A stretch of 64,000 bases of DNA, from NCBI RefSeq assembly GCF_009914755.1, contig NC_060925.1. One strand, written 5' to 3'. Shown piece by piece: positions 1-14,899 of this stretch. This DNA is from the human T2T-CHM13v2.0 reference genome, Homo sapiens. Each line of letters opens with the position of its first letter. Position 1 is the first letter of the stretch. The notes under the pieces are model-generated. The model saw nothing but the letters and a program-made list of their open reading frames with translations. It made no database searches and had not been told where the DNA came from. The translations under genes and the position numbers were made by a program.

Positions 1-290
1 ACTGTAGAGTTTATAACATCTTTTGGCTACTATGTATTTCGTTAATGAGCACATACAAAAATGTAAAATTACAACCATTTTGACATTCTAAAACACCTTC
101 ACACTCCAACAGGGCATCACTGGATTAAATGATCTTCAATGTCCTATCTAGCACAAATATCTGTGGTTCCAATTCAACAGAAAGCAGAAAATATTTCTCA
201 AGTGTTAGCTATATACACAGCAAACAACCAAGTGGAAAGCAGAAAATACAGCCAATGAACTCTACAAGTAGAAAATGTGAGCATTTTCTC

Positions 291-572
<282 letters not shown>

Positions 573-862
573 TCATTTTCTTTTTTACTAAAGCTGCTGC
601 CATGACTGGCTTTATCATGCCACTCCCCCTCCCCTGTCCCCAAGGTACACTGGCATGGTCCTGCTCTCCAGAGTAAGTTCTACACATAAATGACCCTTTT
701 CCCTTTGTCCAGTAAATGGCTGGGCCATGTCCTTTAAACCAGCAGTAGCTGTTAACTCTTGGTTAACCACACCCCATACCCACAATGTCAAGCAATAAAT
801 GTTTTTGGGAGATAACTAAAGAGGCTGCTGGAAACATTTGCTGCATGTTCAATAGTGACTGA

Positions 863-1151
<289 letters not shown>

Positions 1152-1766
1152 GATAGGCATTTCATAAGAATCATACAACCTGTCCTCCCTGTACCTGGGG
1201 CATACACAGACCAAGGGTACAATGCGTATGAGCTAAAGAGATCCTGGCTGCAACGTATTTGAGCAAAAAAATAATAATCATTTGTATTATACAATGAAGA
1301 GAGATGATGAAATGGTTGTGACTTATTTGAGAATATAAACTATAGTGATCAATAAAATCACATTTGGTGCGGTATTTAACCCATTTATAGAGATGTATAT
1401 TTTCACTCTATGTTAATTTGCAGGGACATTTGAGAGGAAATGTCTGTATAATAAAAACATTAAAATAGAAATATTTCAATCTCAGTTTTGCCTAAGGCCC
1501 CAAGTCCTTGTTTATCAGGATTTGAAAACAAGATAACCAGAAAAAAAAACTTTATGACTCTGAGTCCCTCAGTCATCTTGAGGATATAAATCTGATATGT
1601 ATATTAAGGGTTCAAAATGGTAGGATTAGAAATTAAAATAAGGCTTATTTGGATAAATTGTTCTATAAACCCCCTCCCATAGGGAGTGTGGGGGAGTTTG
1701 CCTCTCACCTCAATCCAAGAGAAAGGTTTTAGACATCTTGATATGTAGCCCCTGGGGTTTGGAAAC

Positions 1767-2346
1767 TGTATTAGTCAGTGTTCTCCAAAGAGACTGAATC
1801 AATAGAATACAGATATAGATGTAGATACAGATAGATGTGAGGGAATTTATTAGGGGAATGGAGTCACACAATTATGGAGGCTGAGACATCCCACATAGGC
1901 CTTCTGCAAACTGGAGAACCAGAGAAGCCAGGAGAGTGGCTCAGTCCAAGTCCGAAGGCCTGAGAATCAAGGAAGTTAATGGTGTAGCTCTGTCTGAGGC
2001 CAAAGGCACAAGAACCCAGAGGGCCACTGTTGCAAGCCCTGGAGTCCAAAGGCGGGAAAACCTGGAATCCGGATGTCCAAGGCCAGGAGAAGAAGGGCAT
2101 CCCAGCTCCAAAAGAGAAGGTGAGCAAGAGTCTGCCCCCTCCTTCCACCATTCTTTTTCTATCTGGGCCCCTAGCTGTTTGCACGGTGTCTGTCAACATC
2201 AGGGTGGATCTTCCCCACTCAGTCCACTGGCGCACATGCTAGTCTCCTGCATACACACCCTAACAGTCGTGCCCAGAAACAATGTTTCACCAGCCATCTA
2301 GGCATCCCTCAATCTAGTCAAGTTGACACCTAAAATTAGCTATCAC
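1767..2346 (-). mobile_element. MLT2B-like ERVL solo LTR
   Basis: Starts TGTATTAGTCAGTGTTCTCC, contains GGCTCAGTCCAAGTCCGAAGGCCTGAGAA, ends GTCAAGTTGACACCTAAAATTAGCTATCAC. Confidence 0.85.
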
Positions 2347-2681
2347 GCAGACTGATGTCTGATTTGTGCTATAACATCTATGGAAAGAGAGACGGTAGCG
2401 GATACGCAGTTCTGATTGTGGCCTGAAGAGAGGGCAACAACCTGTCCCCACAGAGAGTCAGAGCAAAGAAAGCCCAAGTTCCTTAGACTCTGCTCAGGAA
2501 GCCTGTCCAGCCATGCAAGAAGACTCCAGCAGAAGGAAAATGAAGGGGTGCCACCTGCATGCAGCGGGTGAAGGGCTGAAGAAGGGATCCTAAACAACCA
2601 GGAGAGGAGAAACACTCAACTCTGTCAAAGACACTGCAGATAGGAGATGTCAAGTGAACTGACAGGATGGATTAGGAACTC

Positions 2682-2797
2682 TTTTTTTTTTTTTTTTTTT
2701 TTTACTTTAAGTTCTGGGTTACATGTGCAGAACGTGCAGTTTTGTTACATAGGTATACACATGCCATGGGTTTGCTGCACCCATCAACCCATCACCT
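2682..2797 (-). mobile_element. L1PA 3' end fragment
   Basis: Poly-T then ACTTTAAGTTCTGGG-TACATGTGCAGAACGTGCAG (antisense L1PA 3' UTR). Confidence 0.9.
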
Positions 2798-3676
2798 GCA
2801 ACACCAGGCTGCCACAACACTTGGGTTACACCTAATGAGGTGACTCCATTTCCATTGTATTGCTATTCTGGTTAGTGAGAAGACACACTATAGGATAAAG
2901 TTTGCATTAGAAGAGCCAGGAAAATATGAAGTAGAATTCCTCTTTAATTAATGTTAAAGAACTTAATCACAGAGGGAGAAATAAATGTTCACATTGGCAC
3001 CCATCGATATCATGAATGGAATACAAGCTCCATGGTACCATGTGCTTCCTCTCTTGTAGGATATGGACTGAGCCACCTTGGCAAACTATGCCCATGGTAT
3101 ATTCACTTCATCAACAAAGCTAGTCCAGAACATTCTATGCATTTGCTTCTTATAACCTGATTCTTGGCCACTTAAGCAGCATTCTCAATGCTTCCAATGA
3201 GTGAAAATGAAAAAAAGAGGACAAAATAAGCCAATAATTCCAGCTCATTAGCAGCCAAAAAAAAAAAAAAAGATCTTTGGGCAAGCCAAAGTTCTAAGGG
3301 GAAAGGGGGAATAACGACCTAAAGACCAGTGCCACGTATGTTTGATACTCTTAACTGTAACTCTGGAACAACAACAACAAAAACCCCATCCAGGTTTAAA
3401 AATATGTGTAAAACACCATATTATAATATAATCTCATGTTTATTATTTTAAAGTAGGAAAATGCAGATAGTGTGTCTTTTGCATCACTGTTGAAAATACG
3501 ATCATTCATTGAAGACAGAGCAGTGGTATCCTAGTTAAAACTCTTTCAAGTTATTCAACAATAATTGGGAGCTTCATCAATAGCAATTGCTATTTTCCAT
3601 CACTGAATGCAACTCATTCCTGAAGCCCATTGAACACTCCAGAATATTGTGCAGGCGTAGGTCTTGCTGACTCAGT

Positions 3677-4027
3677 TGTAGCCAGCAATATTTAGTCATG
3701 CTCCTCGTCAGGTACTTCTGGCTCTCTATGATGTGGAGAAATGGTAGGAGGATGTCATTTGGACCCCTGTGTTCAATGGAGCAATGTGGTTGGTTCTGGC
3801 CAATGAGCTGTGAGTGGAAGAGACCTGCCGCTTCTGCCGAGCATTTCGTATATGTGTGGGTGTGAGTATACTCTCCTTCTCCTCCCATGGTGGCCAGCAA
3901 CGTTCCAGGGGCTGAGCCCCCTGAGAAGCAATGCCCCCATTTGCCAGAGTCAGCCATGTAGTATGAGTGAGGAAGAAAACTTTGTCTTAAGCCCATGAGA
4001 TTCAGGGGTTATTTGTTACTACCTGTT
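3677..4027 (+). mobile_element. MLT1I/J-like MaLR LTR
   Basis: GTTCTGGCCAATGAG core; terminal TTTGTTACT...TGACTGATACA. Confidence 0.75.
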
Positions 4028-5189
4028 AACCTCCCCTGACTGATACAAAGGTCTTATTGTCTACCTCCTTACTGATATTGACTGATCAGGTCACTTACTG
4101 AATATGCCTGGACTGCAACTCAGTGCCCATTTTTATTTTAAAGATCGATGAGTTGTTTTATGATTGGAACTTGGGGTAATACAAATAATACATTTCCCAT
4201 ACGAGCATCACTAAGAGTAAACATTGACTGACAATGAATAGTCATTGTTGATTTGCACATAAACCCACAGGTAGATTTTGTTCATTTTGTAAGATAGAAA
4301 TTAGATGCATTTGTCAGGCTGATGACTGAGGGTGGGAGCATCATGGAGAGTCACATTAGAAGTGGTGACACCTGCCATGAGGGCACACATTTGTGCAGGT
4401 ACTGTGAGACCAAATGCACTGCCTTCAAGCTGGATGCAATGTAATCAATCCACTTTAACATGAGTAATCATTGCTGAGCATTTAACATGAGAATCATATT
4501 ATAACACATATTATGAGGCGCTGAACAATTTGGTGAAGAAGAGAGTTATACAAGTTATATCGATGAGTTCAGATGATTTGAAAAAAAAAAAGTGGTTAGA
4601 TTTACAAAAGGCAAGGAAGGAAAATGTGTAAAGGGAAATACTCTGTGCTGCTCCTCCAGAAAGACATTCCCCAACAGAGGGGGGCTTGCCCCAGTGCGGT
4701 ACCACCTGTGTTGGGGCAGGTAAGCCCACCTCTTTGGGTGTTCAGCATTGGATAACACATTTACCTGCAGATCTAAACCACATCCCGCAGTGTAGACTTT
4801 TTCAGTAATAATGGTGGAAACCTGATCTCCTTGGCCTTACTACTTTGTTCTATGTTTCAATTTGTCCAGAATAGGGACAGAGAAGCAAGTGCTGTTGATT
4901 GGTCTCTTCAAATACAGCAAGGGAAAGTCCTAATGGAGAAGCCAGTCTTAGGCTGAGATGGGAAGGAAGGAAGAAATGGGGTTTGAACGTGAGGAGGATG
5001 GGAAGTATTCCAGGATACAGTACTATGGCACAAAATCAAGGACTAAATGCTTATCTGTCTATTTTTTGAGTTCTGTAAAGTGCTTTCACATACATGATAA
5101 AAATGTGTAATGGCACTGATGGTCAGTGTAAATCCTGTGCTCTCTTCTGTATCCAAACACTGGCAGCCCTGGACTCCTAGTGAAGGAGA

Positions 5190-5930
5190 CAGACATGTGT
5201 CCTGTTTTTGTGGCGAGATTCTAGTGGTGAAGTTAGACAGGAAGCAAGTAGTACGTATATAAAGTATTTTCAGATACTGATTAGTGCCATGAATGAAAAT
5301 AAGGGAGGGTAAGGAGACAGGATAGTGGAGGCTCGCTCTTCTGGGCAGTTGGTTAGGTCTGGTCTGTGAAGATGGGTCTTTGATCAGAGTCCTAACTGCA
5401 AGGAGACAAAGAGCCCCAAGGAGAAACAGGAAGGGAAGAATCTCAGGCAGCAAGAAAGGCAATAGTACAGACCCTGAGGGGAAACGTGTTTGGCTGTGGA
5501 GGAGGCCAGTGTGGCCCTAGGGGATCAGGAGGGGTGAGTCCAGGGGAAGAAAGCCATAACATGCAAGTAGCAGCTGGAGGAGGACCCCAATGTCCAAGGT
5601 CAGGGGCCCTGAAATGAAAGAAAAGGCCAGTGAAAGCCAGGACTGTGCCCAGAGAAGGCGAAGTGATTAGAACACTCTTGAAAATGAATCTGCTACTGGG
5701 TTAGGGTGTCTCCCCGAATGTCGGGAAAACTGGCCAGAGGTCATTAAAATATTGCAGGTGCGAGATAATTAGAACCTAGCCTTGGGCAGTTATTACAGGT
5801 GCTAAAATCTGAAAACTCAAACTGAGGAAAATTGGCAGAGCTGGGAGACTTATTGGATGACAAGGGCAAAGAGGAGAGAGAAATGGCAGACAATTCAGGG
5901 TCACTGGCTGACTTTCACTGTCAGTGATGG
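5190..5930 (-). mobile_element. L2 LINE fragment
   Basis: Degenerate antisense L2 3' region motifs (ATTCTAGTGG, GGAGGCCAGTGTGGC); boundaries approximate. Confidence 0.65.
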
Positions 5931-6234
5931 CAGACGTGGGAGGGGAGGCCATCTAACAAATGCTCACGTCTAGGGCTTATGTAGTCAACGGTGAGAGCAA
6001 CCTGCAAAAAAATAAAAAATAAAAATACTGTTCCAAGAGCCATTTTTTAAAAAAAGAATGTCACGCAGACTGAAAAAGAAAATCAAAATAAAATCAAGAA
6101 AAGGGATTGTATTACAAACTCACTATTCTCAAGATAAACTGAAAAAGGCAAATTTCATACTTAGTAATGAGAACAAAATAAACACTTTCAATTGATTAAT
6201 ATTGCAATACAATCATTTTGATTATGTGTCTTTA

Positions 6235-6512
6235 TTTTATTTGTTATTTTTTCAGTCAGGGTCTCACTGTCTTGCCTATGCTGGAGTGCAGTGGCAACCT
6301 CTGCCTCCCAGTCCAAGCAATTCTCCCACCTCAGCTTCCCAAGTAGCTGGGATTACAGGTGCATACCCCGAGGCCCAGCTAATTTTTGTATTTTTTGGTA
6401 GATATGGGTTTCACCATGTTGGCCAGGCTGGTGAACTCCTGACCTCAAGTGATCTCCCCTCCTCTGCCTCCCAAAGTGTTGGGATTACAGGCGTGAGCCA
6501 CCTCACCTGGCC
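6235..6512 (-). mobile_element. Alu SINE (AluS-type)
   Basis: Antisense Alu; 15-bp TSD GATTATGTGTCTTTA at 6220-6234 and 6514-6528. Confidence 0.95.
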
Positions 6513-7184
6513 AGATTATGTGTCTTTAAAAAATAAAAATGAAGACATGCATAAATTAGTATAGTAGAAGGAAAAAAGAGATACGACACCTTTTATCTTT
6601 TTTAGGGATCAATGAAAGGCCAAGAGATTTGAGAACTGTAAGAAAGCCCTGAGAAGCACATTGTTCAAAATTTATGCTCACTTGAAAAAAAGAAAAAAAA
6701 AAAAAAAAAGGAAATGACCTAGGCTGTTACAAAAGTTAAACCCAAATTGAGCACCTTTTAAATAAGGTTGTCAAAGGTTAAGTATGTTTGAGGTAAAATT
6801 ATTTCCCCAGTCTCAAAATGAAATTTCCAGTAGACTTTAGAAAAAAAAAATATGGAAAACAAACATACATGGAGAAACTGCATTTTACAACTGAACACTG
6901 GGTTTCAAGTAGAGTGATTTTTAAAAATCTCATATTTAGATACTGTCTGGTTTTAAAAATAGGCCAAATGGATCATAGGCTGAGAATCAGAAATCCTTCT
7001 TTTGGGTTGTCTCTTCTCCGTAAGCCTCAAGTACTTCTTAGTCCTTTCTTCATGACTAGATAAAATTATAGTAACTACCACAGGGATTATGATTCCTAGT
7101 CAAACATCAATCATAGTCCTACACACAAATGATGTCAAGTGCTAGGCACTGTCTAGGTTCTATAATATTAGAGTTCCTAAATTT

Positions 7185-7247
7185 ACACACGCACGCACAC
7201 ACACACACACACACACACCTGAGATAGAGGATAGAAAGATAAATGAT

Positions 7248-7283
<36 letters not shown>

Positions 7284-7320
7284 CATATACATAGACAGAC
7301 AGACAGAAAGATAGATGCTA
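7185..7320. repeat. Compound microsatellite (CA)n + (GATA)n/(GACA)n
   Basis: Directly visible tandem repeats. Confidence 0.95.
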
Positions 7321-7632
7321 GGCTGGGAGTGGTGGCTCACACTTGTAATTTCAGTCCTTTAGGAGCCTGAAGCTGGAGGATTGCTTGAGCCCAGGAGTTC
7401 AGGAGTTCAAGACCACCTGGGCAACAAAGCAAGGCTCTGTCTCTATGAAACACAAACAAACAAAAAATTAGCTGGACATGGTAACGCACACTTGTGCTCC
7501 CAGATACTAGGAAGGCTGAGGCAAGAGGATCACAGGAGCCCAGGAGGTCAAGGCTGCAGTGAGCCATGATTGTGCCACTGCACTCCAGCCTGGGCAACAG
7601 AGAGAGACTCTGTCTCAAAAAAAAGAAAAAAA
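7321..7632 (+). mobile_element. AluJ SINE
   Basis: AluJ motifs (GCCCAGGAG, GGTCAAGGCTGCAGTGAGCCATGAT); 16-bp TSD AGAAAGATAGATGCTA at 7305-7320 and 7633-7648. Confidence 0.95.
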
Positions 7633-7662
7633 AGAAAGATAGATGCTAGATAGATGATAGAT

Positions 7663-7730
7663 GGAAAGGGGAAGGAAAGGGAAAGGGGAGAGGAGGGGAG
7701 GGGAGACGAGGGGAGGGGAGGGGAGGGGAA
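7663..7730. repeat. (GGGGA)n polypurine repeat
   Basis: Directly visible. Confidence 0.9.
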
Positions 7731-7754
7731 ATCCCTTCACCGAAGACTTGTAGG

Positions 7755-8105
7755 TCAGGTCTCAAAGAGCAGCCAGCAGACAGCCTTCAGCTGTCAACTA
7801 CATCAGGGATTGACCCAGCTGCAGAGAACTGCCTCACACAAGGTCACACCCCTTCCTGGGTGACTCACAATCAACTGACACAATCAATAAAACCTGTCTG
7901 TCTTGAGCCAAGTTGGCACAACTCTGAAGATCCATTCTGATTGTGGAGTTCCCTGTGAGGTCTGTGTGGCTGGGCCTGCATTGTAGCTCAATTTCTCCCC
8001 CTCCTCACTACTGTCTCCTCTCTTCCCTTCCAGATGTCATTACCAAGGATCCTTTTTAATTAGCATCCTATATTCCAAACTCTAACCACAGTCTGCTTCC
8101 TGTAC
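7755..8105 (+). mobile_element. LTR16-family (ERVL) LTR, LTR16C-like
   Basis: GCCTTCAGCTGTCA...CAGCTGCAGAGA...CAAGGTCACACCCCTTCC...ACAACTCTGAAG...GGGCCTGCAT...AGTCTGCTTCC. Confidence 0.75.
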
Positions 8106-8731
8106 TTGCATATATTCATTACATACATATGTGTGAGTGTACATATATGTTTTAAAAATCCCTAGCAAGAGTAAGTACGTTATTTGGTCAGTCAGCTGTT
8201 AAAACTTCCACTTTCTCCAGTTGTCTGGTGGAATTAAAAAAAAAAAAAGACTTTCACTTTTATTAGTGCAATTCATATCAGTGTGCCACTGGTAGCTCTT
8301 GGAAGAGAAGGAAGAGAGAGCTAATATGGAACCTGGAGACAAGTTCCACTCTGCTCCTGCTGAATGCCCTTCTCCTTTGCTTCTACCTACCTCCAGAAGT
8401 GCTGGCCATTGTCAGCTCCTGAAAAGGCTGATGCTCTGACCTGTTTCAGTGAACGGGGAGAGGACTTGAGGCTGGGAAACCTTTGGAATAGGCAAGGGGT
8501 CCCCCTACATAGGCTTCCCTCCATGACTCATAGTGTGTTCCTTGGTTCGCTCCCTGTGGTCAACCACCTGCTGCAAAAAGTCGTTCACTGCTGGTGTGAG
8601 AATCATTGTCACCTACACTCAAGTAAAAATGTGTATCAAAGGAACAGATGCTTCTCTTCCATGCAACCTGAATATAGATCTATCAGGCAAATTCAGACAG
8701 CTGTTCTAGATGCAGAGACCATCATATCTGC

Positions 8732-9393
<662 letters not shown>

Positions 9394-10594
9394 GAGCTAT
9401 GCGATTTAGGATTATACAACACAATATCACACATTTGCTTATTGGTGAACATCCAATGGGTGGATATTCACACAGATATAGACTTGTTACCTGTACATGT
9501 CTGTAAGTATCTGGCCTCTCATAAAACACTAAACACCTTCCACAGAAGTGCACAATGATGTAGAGACCCCACGTTATGCTCAAACCCAAGCGCTATCTTT
9601 CTTCACATCTTTTTAGTTCAAAATATCTGCCTTAAAACAGAACTGGAAAAACAACATTTGTCAAGTAAGTGCAGCCGTGTTAATGTTAAATAGATGAATG
9701 CATGGATGGATCTTTTAACATACAAGCAATGGAGAAGATATGCCAGCAATGATAATACTTGTGTTAGTGTGAAGGGTATTTTAGATCTGCCCCAAACTCA
9801 GGTAGAAAAAGTTTCCCTGACCTTTTCCCTACCAGTTTAGAATTTTAATTCATCCCAGAGAGTCAGTGGCTTTGACACAATAGCACTTACTCTTCAGATG
9901 CCTAAAATTTTATGGTCAAAAATATCAAAAGATTAGAAATGTGATTTTCAATCCCAAAAGCCACATTGAAGTTCAATTAAACAAAAATGCCTGGGGTTTT
10001 CATATGCACTGAAAATCATAAAAATCAATTTTATTACAAATCTACCCATGAAACCGTCTATCTGTCTCTCCATCCATCAATTTATTTCTGCAATATGTCT
10101 CAAAATAGCACCCAAGAGTTTGTGCCAATTCTTATTTTTCAAGATATATGAGCTTTTTCAAGTTCACAAGCTCCATAAACTTCACAAACTCCATATGGTG
10201 TTCACAAAGGAATAATAAATGTTTTTTATCTTTTACATTGTTTATGAACACATAATTCATTTTTACTATATCAATTGCTTGCCTAAGAAGTTACAATGCT
10301 TCCTTTTCTGCTTATTCTGGCTTACAAGCCTTTCAGAATTGAATCTTACCTGATCTGTTCAATATTACATTCTACATTACACACCCAATTTCACTGTATC
10401 TCACCCACCTGTCTTCCTACACACTAAAGCCCTTACTCCTCCTAATCGCCATGTTTTCATTATCTCCATGTCCCTTTTATGTGTTGTTCTTTCTACAAAG
10501 AAACCCCTTTTCTCCTCTTTTTGAAAAACACCTACTTATCCTTCTAGAACAACCTAAATGTAGGAACTTTCCAAATTCTCCAGGGAAATATAGC

Positions 10595-10960
10595 CCTTCC
10601 TTCCTTCCATCCATCCATCCACCCACCCACTCACCTACTCACTAATTTATCCCTTACTGAACAAACATACTGAGCATCTATTAGATGCTCAAAAATGTAT
10701 AACAAATAAGCTATTTCTGCTTGGTTTATAAGGACACTGAGATATCAGCAAAGTGTTATGGGACCGAAGAAGAAGAAAATAGAAGAAAGACATCAAAGTC
10801 AAACTGGAAGTAGGACAGTTTGGAAAGCATTTCCCAGAAGAGGTGATACTGAGTTAAGTATACACAGGACAAGAATTATGCAGCCAGGTGGATGAGGGAT
10901 GGGAAGAGGAGAAAGGGAGAGGGTGTTCTAAGCCAAAAACACAGCAGGTAAGAAACTGAG
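10595..10960 (-). mobile_element. L2 LINE 3' fragment
   Basis: (CCAT)n-like tail followed by AACAAACATACTGAGCATCTA, typical of the antisense L2 3' end. Confidence 0.6.
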
Positions 10961-11141
10961 TCACCACTAGGAAAGTTAAATCAATATGGCAGAAAGAAAA
11001 CCTGCTCCTTGGGTCATTTCATCATGCGTTTGGTAGAGCACTTACAACTTTATATTAAGTAATATGGGCTTGAGGTTCTGCTTTAGATAATATGGACTTG
11101 AGGTTCTTCTACCTTTTATTACCTGTCAGAAATAGGGTTTT

Positions 11142-11260
11142 AATCCCTGGGAGGTGAAGCTTGCAGTGAGCCAAGATAGCACCACGGCACTATAGCCTGG
11201 GTGACAGAGCGAGACTCCATCTCAAAAAAAAAAAAAAAAAAAAGAAAAAGAAAAAGAAAA
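11142..11260 (+). mobile_element. Severely 5'-truncated AluY-type insertion
   Basis: Right-arm end with GCTTGCAGTGAGCC and A-tail; 14-bp TSD AGAAATAGGGTTTT at 11128-11141 and 11261-11274. Confidence 0.92.
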
Positions 11261-11512
11261 AGAAATAGGGTTTTCATCTGGAAATATTTGGGGCTAAGTG
11301 TTGTCCTGAAAGGAACTTTGGAAAAGAAATATTCCATTACACTTGCTTTGTCATCTTGTGATACAGACTCAGCCCATGGATCAACAAAATGCCTTCATTC
11401 TCAACAGTCCAAAGAGCTCTGGGTAGGATCTCACCTTCCTTACAAAATTCATGTCAGATGTTGAATAATAGACATTATTCTGTTCCTCTTCCAAGTGAGA
11501 GACAATGAGTGG

Positions 11513-11683
11513 CTCATCCCCTGAACGGTGTGTGGAATAAGGTGAAACATGTAGCAATCAAGAAACTGGACTCATCCCCTGAACGGTGTGTGGAATAAGG
11601 TGAAACACGTAGCAATCAAGAACTGGACTCATCCCCTGAACGGTGTGTGGAATAAGGTGAAACACGTAGCAGTCTAGAACTGG
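11513..11683. repeat. Minisatellite, 3 copies of a 57-58 bp unit
   Basis: Units start CTCATCCCCTGAACGGTGTGTGGAATAAGG at 11513, 11571 and 11628. Confidence 0.97.
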
Positions 11684-12085
11684 CTGCAGAATATATGTTT
11701 GGATTTTGTAACTTTCATGCTCCCAAAACTCAGAGTCATTTTTCTACATTGGCTCTTTCCCTGTATTATCAATTGTACCCTTCACATAACAACTGTTTCC
11801 TAATGGCAACCAATCAATTCAGAATTCAAATGGCGATTCGCCAGTTTGATATCTACGTTGCCCTGGGGTTATGGAAGAAGCTGCAAATTTTGGGGTACTG
11901 TTCCAGCTTATTAAATCTTTTTATTGAAATTTGATTCATCTTTTCCTGACCTTATCAAACCATCCCGGCCTTGTCATCTACAGCAGGACTTTGCAAAGTG
12001 GACTCCTGTCGCTTGCTGCATTTTACTGGTGTGAAATCAGAAGGAGTATGGTGGATAATGCATTTTGAATCCGGTTAGACATTAA

Positions 12086-12160
12086 TTATTAGGTTGGGGC
12101 AAAAGTGATAGTTTTTTTTGCCATTAAAAAACCATGATCACTTTTGCCCCAACCTAATAA
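12086..12160. mobile_element. MADE1 (Hsmar1-derived MITE)
   Basis: TTAGGTTGG-GCAAAAGT...ACTTTTGC-CCAACCTAA palindrome flanked by TA. Confidence 0.93.
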
Positions 12161-12490
12161 CACCCAAACCACCTGTAGAAATGATTTAAGAAATCTTCAA
12201 CTCAAATGCCTTCTTTCAGGAGGAGTTTTAAAATAGAAATTACATCATTCCAAGGTTGTGTCTGCATATGCAGTTGTATCAAAAAACTTAAATGTAATTT
12301 TTGAGGGAACTAAGCCAGGAGAAAGGGCCATAGTGATGAATGTATCCAAAAGTAGCCATCAGAGAATCCGTGAGTTCTTACACTGACACAGGAAGACCAC
12401 TGTGTTTGACAGATGCAAAATTTCCATTCAGATCTGGTCAGCACTCTTCACCTAACTGGTGTTTTTAAGAGATAATTAAAACTGTTTGCA

Positions 12491-13861
<1,371 letters not shown>

Positions 13862-14000
13862 CCATCAAGTAAGCATTATCATTATTATTCCCATTTTACA
13901 GAAGGGAAAACTGAGTCTTAAAGTTATAAGCTTTCTTCCCCGAGTTCACACAGCTAATAAATACAAGAGGAGAATTTGAAGTAAGGCAGTCTGACTCTGG
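13862..14000 (-). mobile_element. MIR SINE (its other half is at about 12720-12830)
   Basis: CCCATTTTACAGA-GGAAAACTGAG core. Confidence 0.8.
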
Positions 14001-14436
14001 TTCTAAACCAAGTTTATAGTCTATTGATAGCTGTTGCCATTGTTAAAGCCCATGTCATATTTAGAATATAGTTCCAGAGTTGGCACATTGGAAATGACAA
14101 TATTACTTTAAAAAATGTGTTGAAGATGGGAGTTAAATTGTTTTGGAATTTGCCACTACATAAACTATATAATAGGGGCAGATATGAGCAGTGTCAGATT
14201 AAGCAGAGACAGGCTCCGTGGCCAGGAAGGCATAACCATTTGCAGCTTAACACAGCCAAAAGGTCAGAAAGGGGGTTCATTCGAGGGAGCCAGGAAACGG
14301 GGCCTGAAGCAAGACTTGGCAGTGACCTCCTAACTTTATCAGTGAAAAGAAGGTGATTTCACTCAGCCTGCTCAGTCCTAGGGCTCAGTAGCTTTTTGTG
14401 GAGATGACTGCATAGCACCCCTCTTTTCAAATACAG

Positions 14437-14897
14437 GGTGGAGGAAATCAAAATATCTCAAAACATCCTTCTCGGACATATTTTGAGATGGATGTTCAGA
14501 GGGCCAGCAGATAGAAGTAGCCATGCAAAGCTGTCTTTTGTCGGGGAGATACACATCTGCAGAGAAAATCTGCATTGATGTAGCCAGGCTTTCTCCAAGG
14601 GCCTCCCCTGTCCTCTTCCAGATCTAGGAAAGATTAACCGACTGTCGACACCTTTGAAGGTCTGAAAGAAACATTTACCATCTATTCTCTCTGAGGGCGG
14701 CTACCTGTGAGATTTCATCTACATAACAAGTGATCTTTGCTAGCCAGGGCTCCTCTTCTCTCCCTCCCATAATCACAACCTGTTTTGCCACAATCCAAGC
14801 CCCCATTCTTTCTGCAACCTCAAGATGGTACATAAGCTTCTGAACCCCACTGGGGAGTTGGGATAATCACTCTGCAGTTTTCCCCCATGCACATGTT
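14437..14897 (+). mobile_element. MER34A-like ERV1 LTR (3' end lost)
   Basis: GCAAAGCTGTCTTTTGT, GATCTAGGAAAGATTAAC, GGTCTGAAAGAAACATTTACCATCTATTCTCTCTGAGGG. Confidence 0.8.
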
Positions 14898-14899
14898 AT

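Noticed and set aside
11513-11683. Regularly spaced repeats resembling a CRISPR array
   Set aside because: Units are contiguous with no unique spacers, and the DNA is human; this is a minisatellite
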